Below are positions 1 to 11,029 of a stretch of DNA of 64,000 nucleotides, one piece after another. This DNA is from Promethearchaeota archaeon. GTDB lineage: Archaea > Asgardarchaeota > Lokiarchaeia > Sigyniarchaeales > SOKP01. The notes below the pieces were generated by a model. That model searched no databases and was not told the origin of the DNA. It was given only the letters and a program-made list of their open reading frames with translations. The stretch's first letter is position 1. Every line of letters starts with the position of its first letter. The stretch is taken from NCBI GenBank assembly GCA_030603385.1, contig JAUVXW010000004.1, forward strand, positions 93,088 to 157,087, in the 5' to 3' direction. Made by a program: the position numbers and the translations under genes.

Positions 1-601
1 CATGCGAGACCATACCAGGATTTGTTCCAATGTAAGAATTTTCTCCAATTTCTATAAATCGATCACCAGCAAGTTGTTCTTCTATAACCGTTCCTTTTCC
101 AATTTTATTAGTCCGTGTAAAATTAAACATCCATTTTAATAGCCAGGGAAATGGTCCTCTTGAAAAAGCATTTTTCGGATATTTAATCGTAAAACTACGA
201 AAGTGGTAAAAATTTAAAGTTTTACTGGGTATATTTCTTGGAATAATCCCTGATTTTGAAGGGGATCGCTTTTCTGAGATGCCCCAAAACCATCGGGTAA
301 TTAATGCTACAAAAAATAGATGTATTAAGTAGCATACGATAATTACAAGAGGTAGACATAAAGAAGCAATTAGAGAAGGTAAATTGGTAAATATTGAGAT
401 AAAATTCCTTACTTCTAAGAAAAAGGGTAAATAAAATAGCATTATAAACATCATGAAAATTATGGCTGGTACTAGGAAAGAGCCAAAATAAATGACAAAA
501 AATGCAGGTAAATACCAATGCAATTGTAAATTAATTTCTTCTTTAATAAGATTATTAGCAGGATCTACGTTTTTTGTTTCAGTTTCTTTTGTTTCCGCCA
601 C
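1..601 (-). CDS. Membrane protein with hexapeptide-repeat (left-handed beta-helix) acyltransferase-like domain, partial (runs off window start)
   Basis: Manually translated from GTG at 601: MAETKETETK..., hydrophobic helices, then KIGKGTVIEEQLAGDRFIEIGENSYIG. No stop before position 1. Absent from the ORF track. Confidence 0.7.
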   Translation of the reverse strand, partial: MAETKETETKNVDPANNLIKEEINLQLHWYLPAFFVIYFGSFLVPAIIFMMFIMLFYLPFFLEVRNFISIFTNLPSLIASLCLPLVIIVCYLIHLFFVALITRWFWGISEKRSPSKSGIIPRNIPSKTLNFYHFRSFTIKYPKNAFSRGPFPWLLKWMFNFTRTNKIGKGTVIEEQLAGDRFIEIGENSYIGTNPGMVSH

Positions 602-840
602 GATTTTTCCCTTTTAAGTAAAATCTTTCAAATTTCCACTATTTTCTTACGGTTTCTTTTTTTATATACTTGAGAGTATTTAAAAATTTTCAGATTAAAA
701 ATCATCGGATAAGTGGAAAAATAAGAGTGTTAAAAAACAATTATTTAATCTTTTTTTTTCTTTAGAAATTACTGACAAAACTTTATATACTAATCGCTCA
801 TTTTTTCCATAAAAGTCTATATGGCTTCGGCGAATTTAGA

Positions 841-3575
841 ATGAATAAAAATTGGAAATCTAAATATTTGGTATATTTAATAATAATAGGTTTTTCGATA
901 GTTATAATTAGCAAAAATAACGTTAATCTCAACCTAGAACAGGTTAATAATACAGATGTGGTAAAAGATAAATTTGGAACTAAATTGAAACAAGCTTCTG
1001 GGTATTGGGATCCACAAATTACCAAACCAGTAGGGGATGGACCTCGCAGTGTATTCATAGAAGACACAAACAACGATGGATATAATGATATTTGTACTGC
1101 TAATTTTGATGATGATAATGTCTCAATACTTTTATGGAATAATACAATTGGTGATTGGAACCCACTGATTACAAGATCTGTAGGGAATACCCCTTTCAGT
1201 GTATTCATAGAAGACACAAACAATGATGGATATAATGATATTTGTACTGCTAATTTGATTGATGATACTATCTCAATACTTTTATGGAATAATACAATTG
1301 GTGATTGGAACCCACTGATTACAAGATCTGTAGGGAATGCCCCTTACAGTGTATTCATAGAAGACACAAACAACGATGGATATAATGATATTTGTACAGC
1401 TAATTTTTACGATAATACTACCTCAATACTTTTAATAATAATACAATTGGTGATTGGAACCCACTGATTACAAGATCTGTAGGGAATTACCCTTTAAGTG
1501 TATTCATAGAAGACACAAACAATGATGGATATAATGATATTTGTACTGCTAATTTTTTTGATGATACGATCTCAATATTCTTGTGGAATAATATCAGTGC
1601 CAATTGGGACCCACAGATTACAAGATCTGTAGGAGAGGGACCTCGCAGTGTATTCATAGGAGACACAAACAATGATGGATATAATGATATTTGTACTGCT
1701 AATATTAATGATAATACTATCTCAATACTTTTATGGAATAATACAATTGGTGATTGGAACCCACAAATTATAAAATCTGGAATAATAAATCTACATAACT
1801 TATGTATAGGAGATGCTGATAATGATGGGGATAATGACATTGTCACCGCTAGTTCTGCTACAAATAATATCTTAATATTTTTATGGAATAATACGATTAG
1901 TGACTGGGATCCAGAGATTACAAAATCTGTAGGAAATGGCCCAGATATGGTATATATAGGAGATGCCAATAATGATGGGTATAATGACATTATTACTGCC
2001 AATCGTCTAGGTAATACGGTCTCAATACTTTTATGGGTACCTCATTATGTAAATATTAGTACACCCGAAAATAGCATATATAACAAACCGATGAGTGGAT
2101 ATTACCTTTGTTCCAACGGATTTGAAAATGATGAAATTGGAAGTGAACCTGAATGGTTTGAACAAATTGGTACTAATGGCGGAACTGTGCAAGTTATTGG
2201 AACGCTCGATGGCCATGAATATGTTCTTGATATTTATGATTCTTCAACAGGTATTTTAAACGCTCACGTAAGAAAATTACTTCCCTCAATGCCGTCTTCC
2301 GGGACTGTGGAATATTGGATGAGGGTTGATGATTCTACAAAAGTGTGTGGATTTCGTATTGATCAAGGCGCAATACCTAATGAAATGGTTACTATGCGCA
2401 CTTTTTTCAATTTCTTACAATATAATAACGGAACTGATTGGAACACCATTCGATTTATTTCTAATAATACTTGGTATCATATAAGAGTGGATTTCGAATG
2501 CACAACTGGGAACTACCAAGGTCTTTCACAATACTCATGGCGATTGTATGTAAATGATACTCAATATGGTGATTATCCCTTTGCTAATAATCAATCATAT
2601 GCATATAGAACCACTTGGTATAATGATTATTTACACGCTATGTCAGATTATCATTATTATCTTGATGCTATTGGCTTTTCTTGGGATTCTAAGTATCACA
2701 TAGGTGATAATTTAAATGAAGGAATGTTATTGAGCATTGAGGAAAATTTTGACCATGAGTGGATATGCTACTCAATTGATGGTTCGACCAATGTTACAAT
2801 ATTAGGAAATATACCATTTGCTTTTCCTAGTGATGGTCAACATTCAATTCAGGTATTTGCACAAGATTCGGCAGGGGATATAATTACGTCAGACTTAAGA
2901 TATTTTTTTATTGATACAACATCTCCAGAAATTATAATAAATTCACCAGCTCAAAATTATTATTTTGGGATGAATGCACCCACTTTTGATATTTCTATAA
3001 TAGAACCAAATTTAAATTCTACATGGTACACTTTAGATAGCGGAACAACTAATATTACATTTAGTGGATTGACTGGTACAATTAATCAAACAGAATGGGA
3101 AGGGTTTGGTCCTGGCCCGGTAACCATAGAGTTTTACGCAAATGATACTTTTGGCCTCGAGGATTATAATGAAGTGACAGTAATCAAAGAGCTAAATGCT
3201 CCATCAAGTAGTATATCGTTTATCCCCCATAGTGGAGTTAATATTGTAAATAAATCAACATTATTTTCTCTATCAGCAGATGATAGTATGGAATCTGGAG
3301 TTGCTGTAATTAGATATAAAGTAAATAATTCTAATTGGGTGGATTATATAAACTCATTCAGCTTGTCTGCGTATCCTGCCGGTGATTATTTGATCACATA
3401 TTATGCCATTGATGTAGCGGGTAATACAGAGATGGAACATTCAATTTTAGTAACCTTAGTGGACATACCTTCAAAATCTTCATCCACCATTCCTGGTTAT
3501 AATATGTTTCTTACTATTGGAATAATTTGTACACTTTTATTTATATTCTTTAGAAGGAAATATAAAATTAAATAA
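841..3575 (+). pseudogene. Secreted surface protein with seven FG-GAP/VCBS-like repeats, Ig-like domains and a C-terminal membrane anchor, split by a 1-nt frameshift near 1435
   Basis: ORFs 841-1467 and 1581-3575 share the DxNNDGYNDI repeat. Repeat 3 reads TTA-AT-AAT where sister repeats read TTA-TGG-AAT. Signal peptide at the N-terminus, IPGY + TM helix + basic tail at the C-terminus. Confidence 0.8.
1003..2037 (+). repeat. Seven tandem 150-nt (50-aa) coding repeats
   Basis: GTATTCATAG recurs at 1051, 1201, 1351, 1500 and 1650. Diverged copies near 1800 and 1950. Confidence 0.9.
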
Positions 3576-3777
3576 AATCTTTTTTTTATTTCTATCTTTA
3601 GTTTAATTTGAAATTAAAAATTTGATTCTTATTTTTTGTTTAAATAAAATAATTTCATTTGATATACAAAAGATAGCACAAATAAGAATATTGAAGTTTT
3701 CGGATAGAAGCATTAAAAATAAAGAATAAAGGAAAGCCGATTAACTTTTTAAGGCCTATAAAACTAATTTGTTGAAT

Positions 3778-3933
3778 TTAAGTTTTTTTCAAAAATGTGA
3801 TCACACGAAAGAGATGCAATTCAAAAAGCGTTTCATCTTGGGGAAATTCCTCTCTTAGTTCTTTAATCAGTTTTTCCTTTTCTTCATTTATTAAGTCTAA
3901 ATTTTTTAAAAGAATATCAATATCATACAACAT
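3778..3933 (-). CDS. Small 51-aa hypothetical protein, copy 1
   Basis: MLYDIDILLKNLDLINEEKEKLIKELREEFPQDETLFELHLFRVITFLKKT with GAGGGG upstream. Near-identical intact copy at 4978-5133. Confidence 0.7.
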   Translation of the reverse strand: MLYDIDILLKNLDLINEEKEKLIKELREEFPQDETLFELHLFRVITFLKKT

Positions 3934-3967
3934 GTATTTCCCCTCTAAAATTTAAAAAGATAAACGA

Positions 3968-4438
3968 CTAAGTGGTATTTTTATGATTCGAATCTCCTAT
4001 TAAATCTTCTTTGAACTTCCTCAAAACTGCTTCTTTAAAAGAATGAAAATCTTTCAAATTGTTCTGTAAGATATTGTATATAACCTCGTTATCAATTTCT
4101 AAATAAAAATGCCCTAAAAAATTACGGAATCTTACCATTTTAGTAAGTTGAGTTTTTAATTCCTCGTTTATAATTTCATGCTTGGCTAAGATTTTTATTA
4201 TATCTGTAAATGTTTCAGGTTTTTCTTTATTATTGAGTGTCACAATATGATTTCCAATGTCAATACATATATTTATACAAATTTCTAAGGCTCTCTGTGC
4301 TGCGAAATAATTTTTATAATTAGAAAGGAATTCATCTTTTCCTATCTCTTTAAGTTCGCGTAAATTTTCCAATAATTGATCTAATTTATTAAATCTAGTT
4401 AGAATTAAGTCCCGATTTACTTTAATCCTTAAGCACAT
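3968..4438 (-). CDS. HEPN (DUF86/HepT-like) RNase toxin
   Basis: RNFLGHFY RxxxxH motif, directly downstream of an MNT gene. Confidence 0.9.
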   Translation of the reverse strand: MCLRIKVNRDLILTRFNKLDQLLENLRELKEIGKDEFLSNYKNYFAAQRALEICINICIDIGNHIVTLNNKEKPETFTDIIKILAKHEIINEELKTQLTKMVRFRNFLGHFYLEIDNEVIYNILQNNLKDFHSFKEAVLRKFKEDLIGDSNHKNTT

Positions 4439-4862
4439 CCATTATGGTCATTTTATCATAAATATCAAGTAGCGGTTTAATCTCTAAATAATCGTATAAA
4501 ACTCTTATTTCAAACTCATGCTGAAATGTCTCATCTTTGGAGTGGATAATACGCCCACTTTTTATAATGTTATATAAAAATCGAGGTGTGGCATCATTCA
4601 AAACACAAAAATCTATTTCAATTTTGTTTCCAAATTCCTTCTCTATTTCCAAACTTAAATCAACTAGATATAAATAATGTTTTTTATATATACGATCTAA
4701 AAGTATTCCAAGATCTATATCACTAAATTCAGATCTATTACCTGATACATAAGAACCATACAAATAACACAATAGAACTTCATCTCGATTATTAAACACA
4801 ATATTTATTAACCTTTCCAGCTCAGTTATCGATATTATTCTATGCCTTTCTCGTTCCATCAT
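4422..4862 (-). CDS. Minimal nucleotidyltransferase (MntA-like) antitoxin
   Basis: YLYGSYVSG...SDIDLG motif, overlaps HEPN gene. Confidence 0.9.
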   Translation of the reverse strand: MMERERHRIISITELERLINIVFNNRDEVLLCYLYGSYVSGNRSEFSDIDLGILLDRIYKKHYLYLVDLSLEIEKEFGNKIEIDFCVLNDATPRFLYNIIKSGRIIHSKDETFQHEFEIRVLYDYLEIKPLLDIYDKMTIMDVLKD

Positions 4863-4977
4863 AATTTACAAATATTATTTCAGTTTCATAATTAATTATA
4901 AATATAGCTATGCAGTCTAATAACTTTTTATCCCGTATCTAATATAATTCAATGTAAGAAATGATTTTAAGATTAAA

Positions 4978-5133
4978 TTATGCTTTTTTTAAAAATTTGA
5001 TCACACGAAAGAGATGCAATTCAAAAAGCATTTCATCTTGGGGAAATTCCTCTCTTAGTTCTTTAATCAGTTTCTCCTTTTCTTCATTTGTTAAGTCTAA
5101 ATTCTTTAAAAGAATATCAATATCATATAACAT
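4978..5133 (-). CDS. Small 51-aa hypothetical protein, copy 2
   Basis: MLYDIDILLKNLDLTNEEKEKLIKELREEFPQDEMLFELHLFRVIKFLKKA, starting 4 nt after the RelE stop. Confidence 0.7.
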   Translation of the reverse strand: MLYDIDILLKNLDLTNEEKEKLIKELREEFPQDEMLFELHLFRVIKFLKKA

Positions 5134-5137
5134 GCCT

Positions 5138-5413
5138 TTAATATCTACTTCCATGAGCGATTATTAAGATCTCGATGATTTCTTCCTTAATTTCATATAC
5201 AATTCTATAGTTTTTAAAAATTATTTCTCTTAATTGATCATCCTCTCTATCTGGAAATTTTCGACCAATATTAGGAAACTGTTTTAATTGCTCAATCTTT
5301 TCAATTATCCCTTTAACAATTTCTCTAGCCTTTTCTGGAGAATCTTGTTCAATATAAGCAGAAATAGATTCAAGATCGTCTAACGCTCCAATAGACCATC
5401 TTATCACAACCAT
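5138..5413 (-). CDS. RelE/ParE-family toxin
   Basis: IRWSIGALDDLESI...FPNIGR...YRIVYEI...IAHGSR. Confidence 0.9.
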   Translation of the reverse strand: MVVIRWSIGALDDLESISAYIEQDSPEKAREIVKGIIEKIEQLKQFPNIGRKFPDREDDQLREIIFKNYRIVYEIKEEIIEILIIAHGSRY

Positions 5414-5586
5414 TTTTTCATCTTTTCCTTTACCTCTTCATGTGAAATATATTTACCTTCCCTAATTTGCTCTTGTGCCTTATTGATTTTTTCATTTACG
5501 TACAACTTATAAGCGATTTCTTCCACATTAAGATTATCAGGCAATTTTTTAATAAAATCAATTGCGTTTTCTTTTGCGGTTGTCAT
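5404..5586 (-). CDS. Antitoxin partner of RelE/ParE
   Basis: 60 aa, ends GKYISHEEVKEKMKKWL, overlaps the toxin start. Confidence 0.8.
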   Translation of the reverse strand: MTTAKENAIDFIKKLPDNLNVEEIAYKLYVNEKINKAQEQIREGKYISHEEVKEKMKKWL

Positions 5587-5965
5587 ATTGATAATAAGGT
5601 AATTTTAGAATTAATATGTATCTTTTGATTAATGAAATTTCTAAAAATTCCAAACCCATTTTTTATTTAAATATTACGGCTGATTTTTATAGATGATATG
5701 GTGTCTAAAATATCGACGAAAAAAAATTGAGAGCTTTTAGAATAAAATCATTAAAAATAAATTTACAAATTTGTATATATTCCATAGATTTACACAATTA
5801 TTAATTAATAAAAAGTAGAGTGGTTAATCAATAGCTTAATAATAACCCATCAATAATTTTATATTCGAATAAATAATAAAGTTATAGATAGGTTAAGGCA
5901 ATTAAATTTACCATTTAATACTCAAGCCGATAAAATTATTATTTTAACTTTCCAAACAATAATGG

Positions 5966-8227
5966 ATGAATAACATGACCGATAATTCGTTTTCGTTAAT
6001 AGATTTATATCCGAAGTATGTAATTAATGCAAAGGGAGAGAAGAAGAAGTTCGATGAAAACAGTATTGCGAAAATTTTAAATAAGGAAACCGGATTGGAT
6101 ATGCAAATTGCTGAAAAAGTGGCTGAGGATGTTATTCGTACAATAATAGGCCTAGGAATAGATGAAATTACTACAAATTATATACGTGAGTTAGTTTGTG
6201 TTGAATTAACTCAACGCGGACTAAATAAATACAGAAATCTGTTTGCTAGAGCTATTAATTTAGAAAGTATTGGATTCAAAATTGATGGTGGATTTATCAA
6301 TCAATACAAAAGTAAGCAACCCGATTGGGGGCCTATAGGATATATTACATATAAGAGGACTTATGCTAGAATAGTTGAAGGTGAAAACCGTAAGGAAGAA
6401 TTTTGGGAGACACTTAGACGGGTTGTGGAAGGATGTTATTCAATTCAGAAAGAGCATTGTATGAAGTTAAGTTTACCTTGGTCTGACCAAAAAGCTCAAA
6501 AATCAGCCCAAATAATGTTTGAAAAGATTTGGAATTTTAAGTTTTCCCCTCCTGGACGTGGCTTATGGATGATGGGAACTGAGTTCATTGCACGTCATGG
6601 TTCAATGTCTCTTAATAATTGTGGATTTGCATCAACAGAAGATATAGCCCTTAAATATTCAAAGGCGTTTGAATTTGTCATGGACGCTTTAATGTTAGGC
6701 GTAGGAGTGGGATTTGACACTAAAGGAGCAGGAAAAATAAAAATACAAAAACCTAAGGAAGGGACTTTTAATTTTGAGATAGATGATTCTAGAGAAGGAT
6801 GGGTCGAATCCCTAAAACTTATTCTTGAAGCTTACTTTTTAGGAAAACAAACCCCCACATTTGATTTTAGCAAGATTCGACTCGCTGGTACGCCAATTAG
6901 AGGATTTGGTGGTATTGCCTCTGGTCCAAAACCATTGAGAGAGATGCTAGAAGACATTCAGAAAATTCTCGAGGCACGTATAGGAAAGATGATTACATCC
7001 GTTGACATCGTAGACATTATGAATTATGTCGGCAAATGTGTAGTCGCGGGTAATGTACGGAGAAGTGCAGAAATTGCTTTAGGAGACCCTACCGATTTGG
7101 ATTTTGTAACTTGTAAACAAGACGAAAAAGCATTATATTCTCATAGATGGGCTAGTAATAATTCCGTTTTTGCCCTAAAGGGGTTAGATTATTCATTTAT
7201 TGCAGATCAAATAGCTATAAACGGAGAGCCTGGAATTTTTTGGTTAGAAAATGCTAGAAATTATTCAAGAATGGGTGATGCTCCTGATTATAAAGATAAG
7301 AAAGTAGCTGGGGTTAATCCATGTGGGGAACAAAGCTTAGAATCATTCGAGCTTTGTTGCCTTGTAGAGACTTTTCCGTCTCGTCATGATAGTTATGAAG
7401 AATTTGAAGAAACACTAAAATATGCTTATTTATATTCTAAATCTGTTACGTTAGTAAACACACATTGGAAAGAAACTAACGCAGTCATGCTTAAGAACAG
7501 GCGAATGGGAATTTCACAGACAGGAATAATTGAGGCTTTCGTTAAACATGGGAGAAGAATGGTTTTAGAATGGTGTGATAAAGCTTATAATTATTTGAGA
7601 GATTTAGATGAACAATATTCTGATTGGCTTTGTATACCGAAGAGTATAAAGATTACAACAGTGAAACCTAGTGGCACAGTGAGCCTACTACCCGGAGTAC
7701 CTCCTGGAATTCATTATCCCCATTCGGAATATTATATAAGGAGAATTAGACTCTCAAAAAATTCAGATTTAATTGAACATATAAAGAATGCTGGTTATAA
7801 GATTGAGGACGATTCATATTCACCAAACACAGTAGTGGCGGAGTTCCCAATTCATGAAAAACATTTCAATCGTTCTAAAAATGAAGTGTCAATTTGGGAA
7901 CAAGCAGCTAACGCGATCGATTACCAACGATTATGGTCCGATAACCAGGTAAGTATTACAATAACTTTTAAGTCAGAAGAAGCAGATCAAATTAAACATG
8001 TTCTACAATTTTGTGAAGATAAGCTTAAAAGTGCAAGTTTTCTACCAATTAAAGAACACGGCTATAAGCAAGCACCCTATGAAGAAATAACTAAAGAACA
8101 ATATGAAGAAATGAGTGCAAATACTAAGCCTTTACTTTTAGATGAGACAAAAGATAGAGCAATTGGGGTTAAATTCTGTGATGCGGATGGGGTCTGTGAA
8201 GTATCTATTGATCATAGTAAAAAATAG
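5966..8227 (+). CDS. nrdJ: Class II (B12-dependent) ribonucleotide reductase with N-terminal ATP cone
   Basis: PPGRGLW, NPCGEQ, TTVKPSGTVS motifs and C-terminal FCDADGVC. Confidence 0.93.
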   Translation: MNNMTDNSFSLIDLYPKYVINAKGEKKKFDENSIAKILNKETGLDMQIAEKVAEDVIRTIIGLGIDEITTNYIRELVCVELTQRGLNKYRNLFARAINLESIGFKIDGGFINQYKSKQPDWGPIGYITYKRTYARIVEGENRKEEFWETLRRVVEGCYSIQKEHCMKLSLPWSDQKAQKSAQIMFEKIWNFKFSPPGRGLWMMGTEFIARHGSMSLNNCGFASTEDIALKYSKAFEFVMDALMLGVGVGFDTKGAGKIKIQKPKEGTFNFEIDDSREGWVESLKLILEAYFLGKQTPTFDFSKIRLAGTPIRGFGGIASGPKPLREMLEDIQKILEARIGKMITSVDIVDIMNYVGKCVVAGNVRRSAEIALGDPTDLDFVTCKQDEKALYSHRWASNNSVFALKGLDYSFIADQIAINGEPGIFWLENARNYSRMGDAPDYKDKKVAGVNPCGEQSLESFELCCLVETFPSRHDSYEEFEETLKYAYLYSKSVTLVNTHWKETNAVMLKNRRMGISQTGIIEAFVKHGRRMVLEWCDKAYNYLRDLDEQYSDWLCIPKSIKITTVKPSGTVSLLPGVPPGIHYPHSEYYIRRIRLSKNSDLIEHIKNAGYKIEDDSYSPNTVVAEFPIHEKHFNRSKNEVSIWEQAANAIDYQRLWSDNQVSITITFKSEEADQIKHVLQFCEDKLKSASFLPIKEHGYKQAPYEEITKEQYEEMSANTKPLLLDETKDRAIGVKFCDADGVCEVSIDHSKK

Positions 8228-8468
8228 GTTAAATTTAAACTTCAATTAGTAATCATTCTAAATGTAATGCTATATCATAGGCGAATTTTAATAACCATTT
8301 ATTTAACTATGATCATTTATTTCAGTTCAAAAATCTATAATAATTTTTCACTCTGATAAGAAATAGTATTAAATTAACAAGAGATTAAGGTAAAAATTAT
8401 AAGGTATCTTAATGAAAATAAATTTAATACAATATTATTTATAATACAAATTTTGAATGTGATTTTGA

Positions 8469-9407
8469 ATGTCGGAAGAAGATCCGGTAGAAGAATTAGA
8501 AGAGATGGCAAAAAAGGCTAAACCACGAGCTAAAGCAAGAGCAAAACCAACAAAAAAGAAACCTAAAAAAACGACTAAAAAGGAGGTAGCGGCAGGAGCG
8601 GAGCCAAAACCTAAGAAGGCTGTTTATAAAGAAATGAAAGTTAATTTCTGGCGTACAAGACTGCACGATGAAGAACTTGGAATACATCAACAACTCAAAT
8701 ATCAAGCTAAAACTAGGTTTTTCTCCAAAAACTTTGATATCGAAGGAGTAGTAGAAATAAACAAGGAGAAAAAATATATTATTGCTTATAGTAAGGAATC
8801 GTGGGAAGAAAAACCTGAGGCAGAAAAAAGACTAGTCTGTAGAATTTTTACGATAATGGAAGAAAAAGTTACAGGTGCAGGTACCGCTAAAGGTGGGAAC
8901 TATAAGGGAAGTCTTGAACTAAGTATTACCCACTCATTAATCCAGAGCTATGAAATTAAACATCCTGCTCCAGTATTCTTTATGCAAATACCTAGAACAA
9001 TCAATTTAGTTCGAGTAGTTAGAGGTTGGAGATTAGTAGGAACACGATGGACATGGCCATTACTTCCAGAAGAGAAAGATGATAAATTCCAAATAGTTCG
9101 TGCAAAGGGGGTTATTGGACCAGGGAGAAATTACAATATATTCATTGGTGATGTAAAAATTGCACGTGTAGATGGACAAGTTATCCAGAAGAATTTTGAA
9201 ATTGAAGTTTATGATGAACAATATGCGAAAGACAAAACTTTTACTATTTACTTGATTTTATTTGGATGTATGTGTAATTTTATGAAGGAAGCAGAGAAGA
9301 TGGTTAAAAAAATGTATAAAAAAATGAAAAAGACAGCAACCTCAGATTATAAACCGCCAAGATATGAACTAACTTTGTTCAGGAACCCTCGTATGATGAG
9401 ACGTTAG
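8469..9407 (+). CDS. Hypothetical protein: Lys/Ala/Pro-rich N-terminus and possible tubby-C/LURP-one-like domain
   Basis: Low-complexity basic N-terminus, then a beta-rich region ending in a hydrophobic helix. Confidence 0.5.
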   Translation: MSEEDPVEELEEMAKKAKPRAKARAKPTKKKPKKTTKKEVAAGAEPKPKKAVYKEMKVNFWRTRLHDEELGIHQQLKYQAKTRFFSKNFDIEGVVEINKEKKYIIAYSKESWEEKPEAEKRLVCRIFTIMEEKVTGAGTAKGGNYKGSLELSITHSLIQSYEIKHPAPVFFMQIPRTINLVRVVRGWRLVGTRWTWPLLPEEKDDKFQIVRAKGVIGPGRNYNIFIGDVKIARVDGQVIQKNFEIEVYDEQYAKDKTFTIYLILFGCMCNFMKEAEKMVKKMYKKMKKTATSDYKPPRYELTLFRNPRMMRR

Positions 9408-9572
9408 AATAAAATTATATAATTTATGAAATCCAGATTTTTTTTTTTAATTTTTTAAATTTTAAGTACGTAAAACTGAAGAATTTGCCGAAATCTCTTT
9501 TTCTAATAATTTAAAATAAAAAAAGAATTAAAAAAAAATTTTATAAAATACTTCCTTATTCATTAAGATTTG

Positions 9573-10346
9573 TTATTTTATTCCAAGTTTGTCTTTCCAC
9601 TCTCTATAGCCACTAGTTTCTCGTCCTCGATGTATGGGTTTTTGCCCCATCTCTTTCTTATAGATGTCTCTTAGTGTTCGCTCATCAGAATTCTTAATTG
9701 CTTCTTTTTTTATGTTTTCCTCAATTTCGATCTCTTCTTCTATTTCTTTAACGTGGCTTAATACCCAAAACACACCTCTATTCCAGATCATGATTCCAAT
9801 AAAAATGATTCCAATAAAAAGCCAAACAAGTAGTCCTACCCACATAATCCACATTCCAAGTGAGAATTTATCCACCATCCCGCTCCAGACTTCTTTAACA
9901 AGCCCCAAGAATGCTGAGGGAAGAAGTCCTATAACAACACTTATAAGGGTTACATAGAGACCTAAGAGAGCAACGCCTATAAGCATGCGTAGTCCATAGT
10001 AGTCTGTCCATTTGTTTGCAATTAGACGATCTTTAAACATTATCTGGCATAATCGTACCATTCCTCCACGAAAAAGGGTATAGAAGAGAACTAATAAAAA
10101 TAAATTACCTGTGACTGCTCCAGCTATAATAGCTATCTGAAATCCAAGATCAAGGTCTAACCAAACATCCCAAGCACCTTTAGAGAATAAAAAATTAATA
10201 AGAACTCCCCATATACCTAGTACGAGTATTACCGTACCAAGGATAAATCCATAATAAATCAATTTTGCGTAGCGTAGATCCCATGTACTATAAACATCAA
10301 GTGGATTGGGTTCTCTATCCGGAGCTTTTCTTCCTGTACGCGGCAT
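9573..10346 (-). CDS. Multi-pass membrane protein, hypothetical
   Basis: Four hydrophobic segments, 257 aa. Confidence 0.75.
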   Translation of the reverse strand: MPRTGRKAPDREPNPLDVYSTWDLRYAKLIYYGFILGTVILVLGIWGVLINFLFSKGAWDVWLDLDLGFQIAIIAGAVTGNLFLLVLFYTLFRGGMVRLCQIMFKDRLIANKWTDYYGLRMLIGVALLGLYVTLISVVIGLLPSAFLGLVKEVWSGMVDKFSLGMWIMWVGLLVWLFIGIIFIGIMIWNRGVFWVLSHVKEIEEEIEIEENIKKEAIKNSDERTLRDIYKKEMGQKPIHRGRETSGYREWKDKLGIK

Positions 10347-10458
10347 AATTATTTCATCTTATGATTTTTTTTTTTAAATTTAGATTAAGTTTTAAAAATT
10401 CTATAATTTTATAATTGGTTATTATACTATTTATTTTTACTTAGTAATTATTAAAAAA

Positions 10459-10917
10459 TTACCACTCTATGACAGCTTGACAGAAAGTACATGTTGGAAC
10501 TTTTTCTTCTAGTTCTTCACCACAATATGGGCAGAATATTTTAACTTCTCCTGGTTTCTCCTTTGTTTGTTTTTTTCTTGCGGGTTTTTTCGCAGGTTCT
10601 TCTTCCTCTTCAATCCCTGCTTTGTCGAGTACTCTCTCTTTTGGAGTCATTTCCTCAGGTTTCTTTTTTGGCTTTTCGAATGGTTTATCTGATTTAACTA
10701 TTTTAGTGTTACAATCTGGACAGTATTCTTTAAGTCTAGTAGAGAGATATATTGCTAAAATAATTGCACCAATCCCGATTGTAGCGACTATAACAATAAC
10801 CCAGATAGTTTTCTGCGTTCTTGTTAATGGTTTCCTGCTAGGCTCTTCTACTTCATGTTTGCATATATTACAATAATTATATTTTATTTTCGGTGACATT
10901 TCTACCCAACTTTGCAT
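10459..10917 (-). CDS. LITAF-like zinc ribbon/membrane protein with C-terminal zinc ribbon
   Basis: CxxC-hydrophobic segment-CxxC, then CPYC/CTFC. Confidence 0.65.
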   Translation of the reverse strand: MQSWVEMSPKIKYNYCNICKHEVEEPSRKPLTRTQKTIWVIVIVATIGIGAIILAIYLSTRLKEYCPDCNTKIVKSDKPFEKPKKKPEEMTPKERVLDKAGIEEEEEPAKKPARKKQTKEKPGEVKIFCPYCGEELEEKVPTCTFCQAVIEW

Positions 10918-11029
10918 GTTTAATATGTGTTTTTTAATGAAAGATTATTTTAATTAAAAAACGTTTATATTACCTAATAATCAAGTTCTTTTTTTATAAA
11001 TTATTATATTCTTTTTATATGATCTAAAG

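Noticed and set aside
1003-2037. CRISPR array or diversity-generating retroelement
   Set aside because: These are in-frame 150-nt coding repeats without spacers. No reverse transcriptase is present and there is no invariant template copy.
222-2216. ORFs 222-518, 798-1223, 1487-2002, 2031-2216 and similar short antisense or overlapping ORFs throughout the window
   Set aside because: They are alternate-frame or antisense shadows of well-supported genes.
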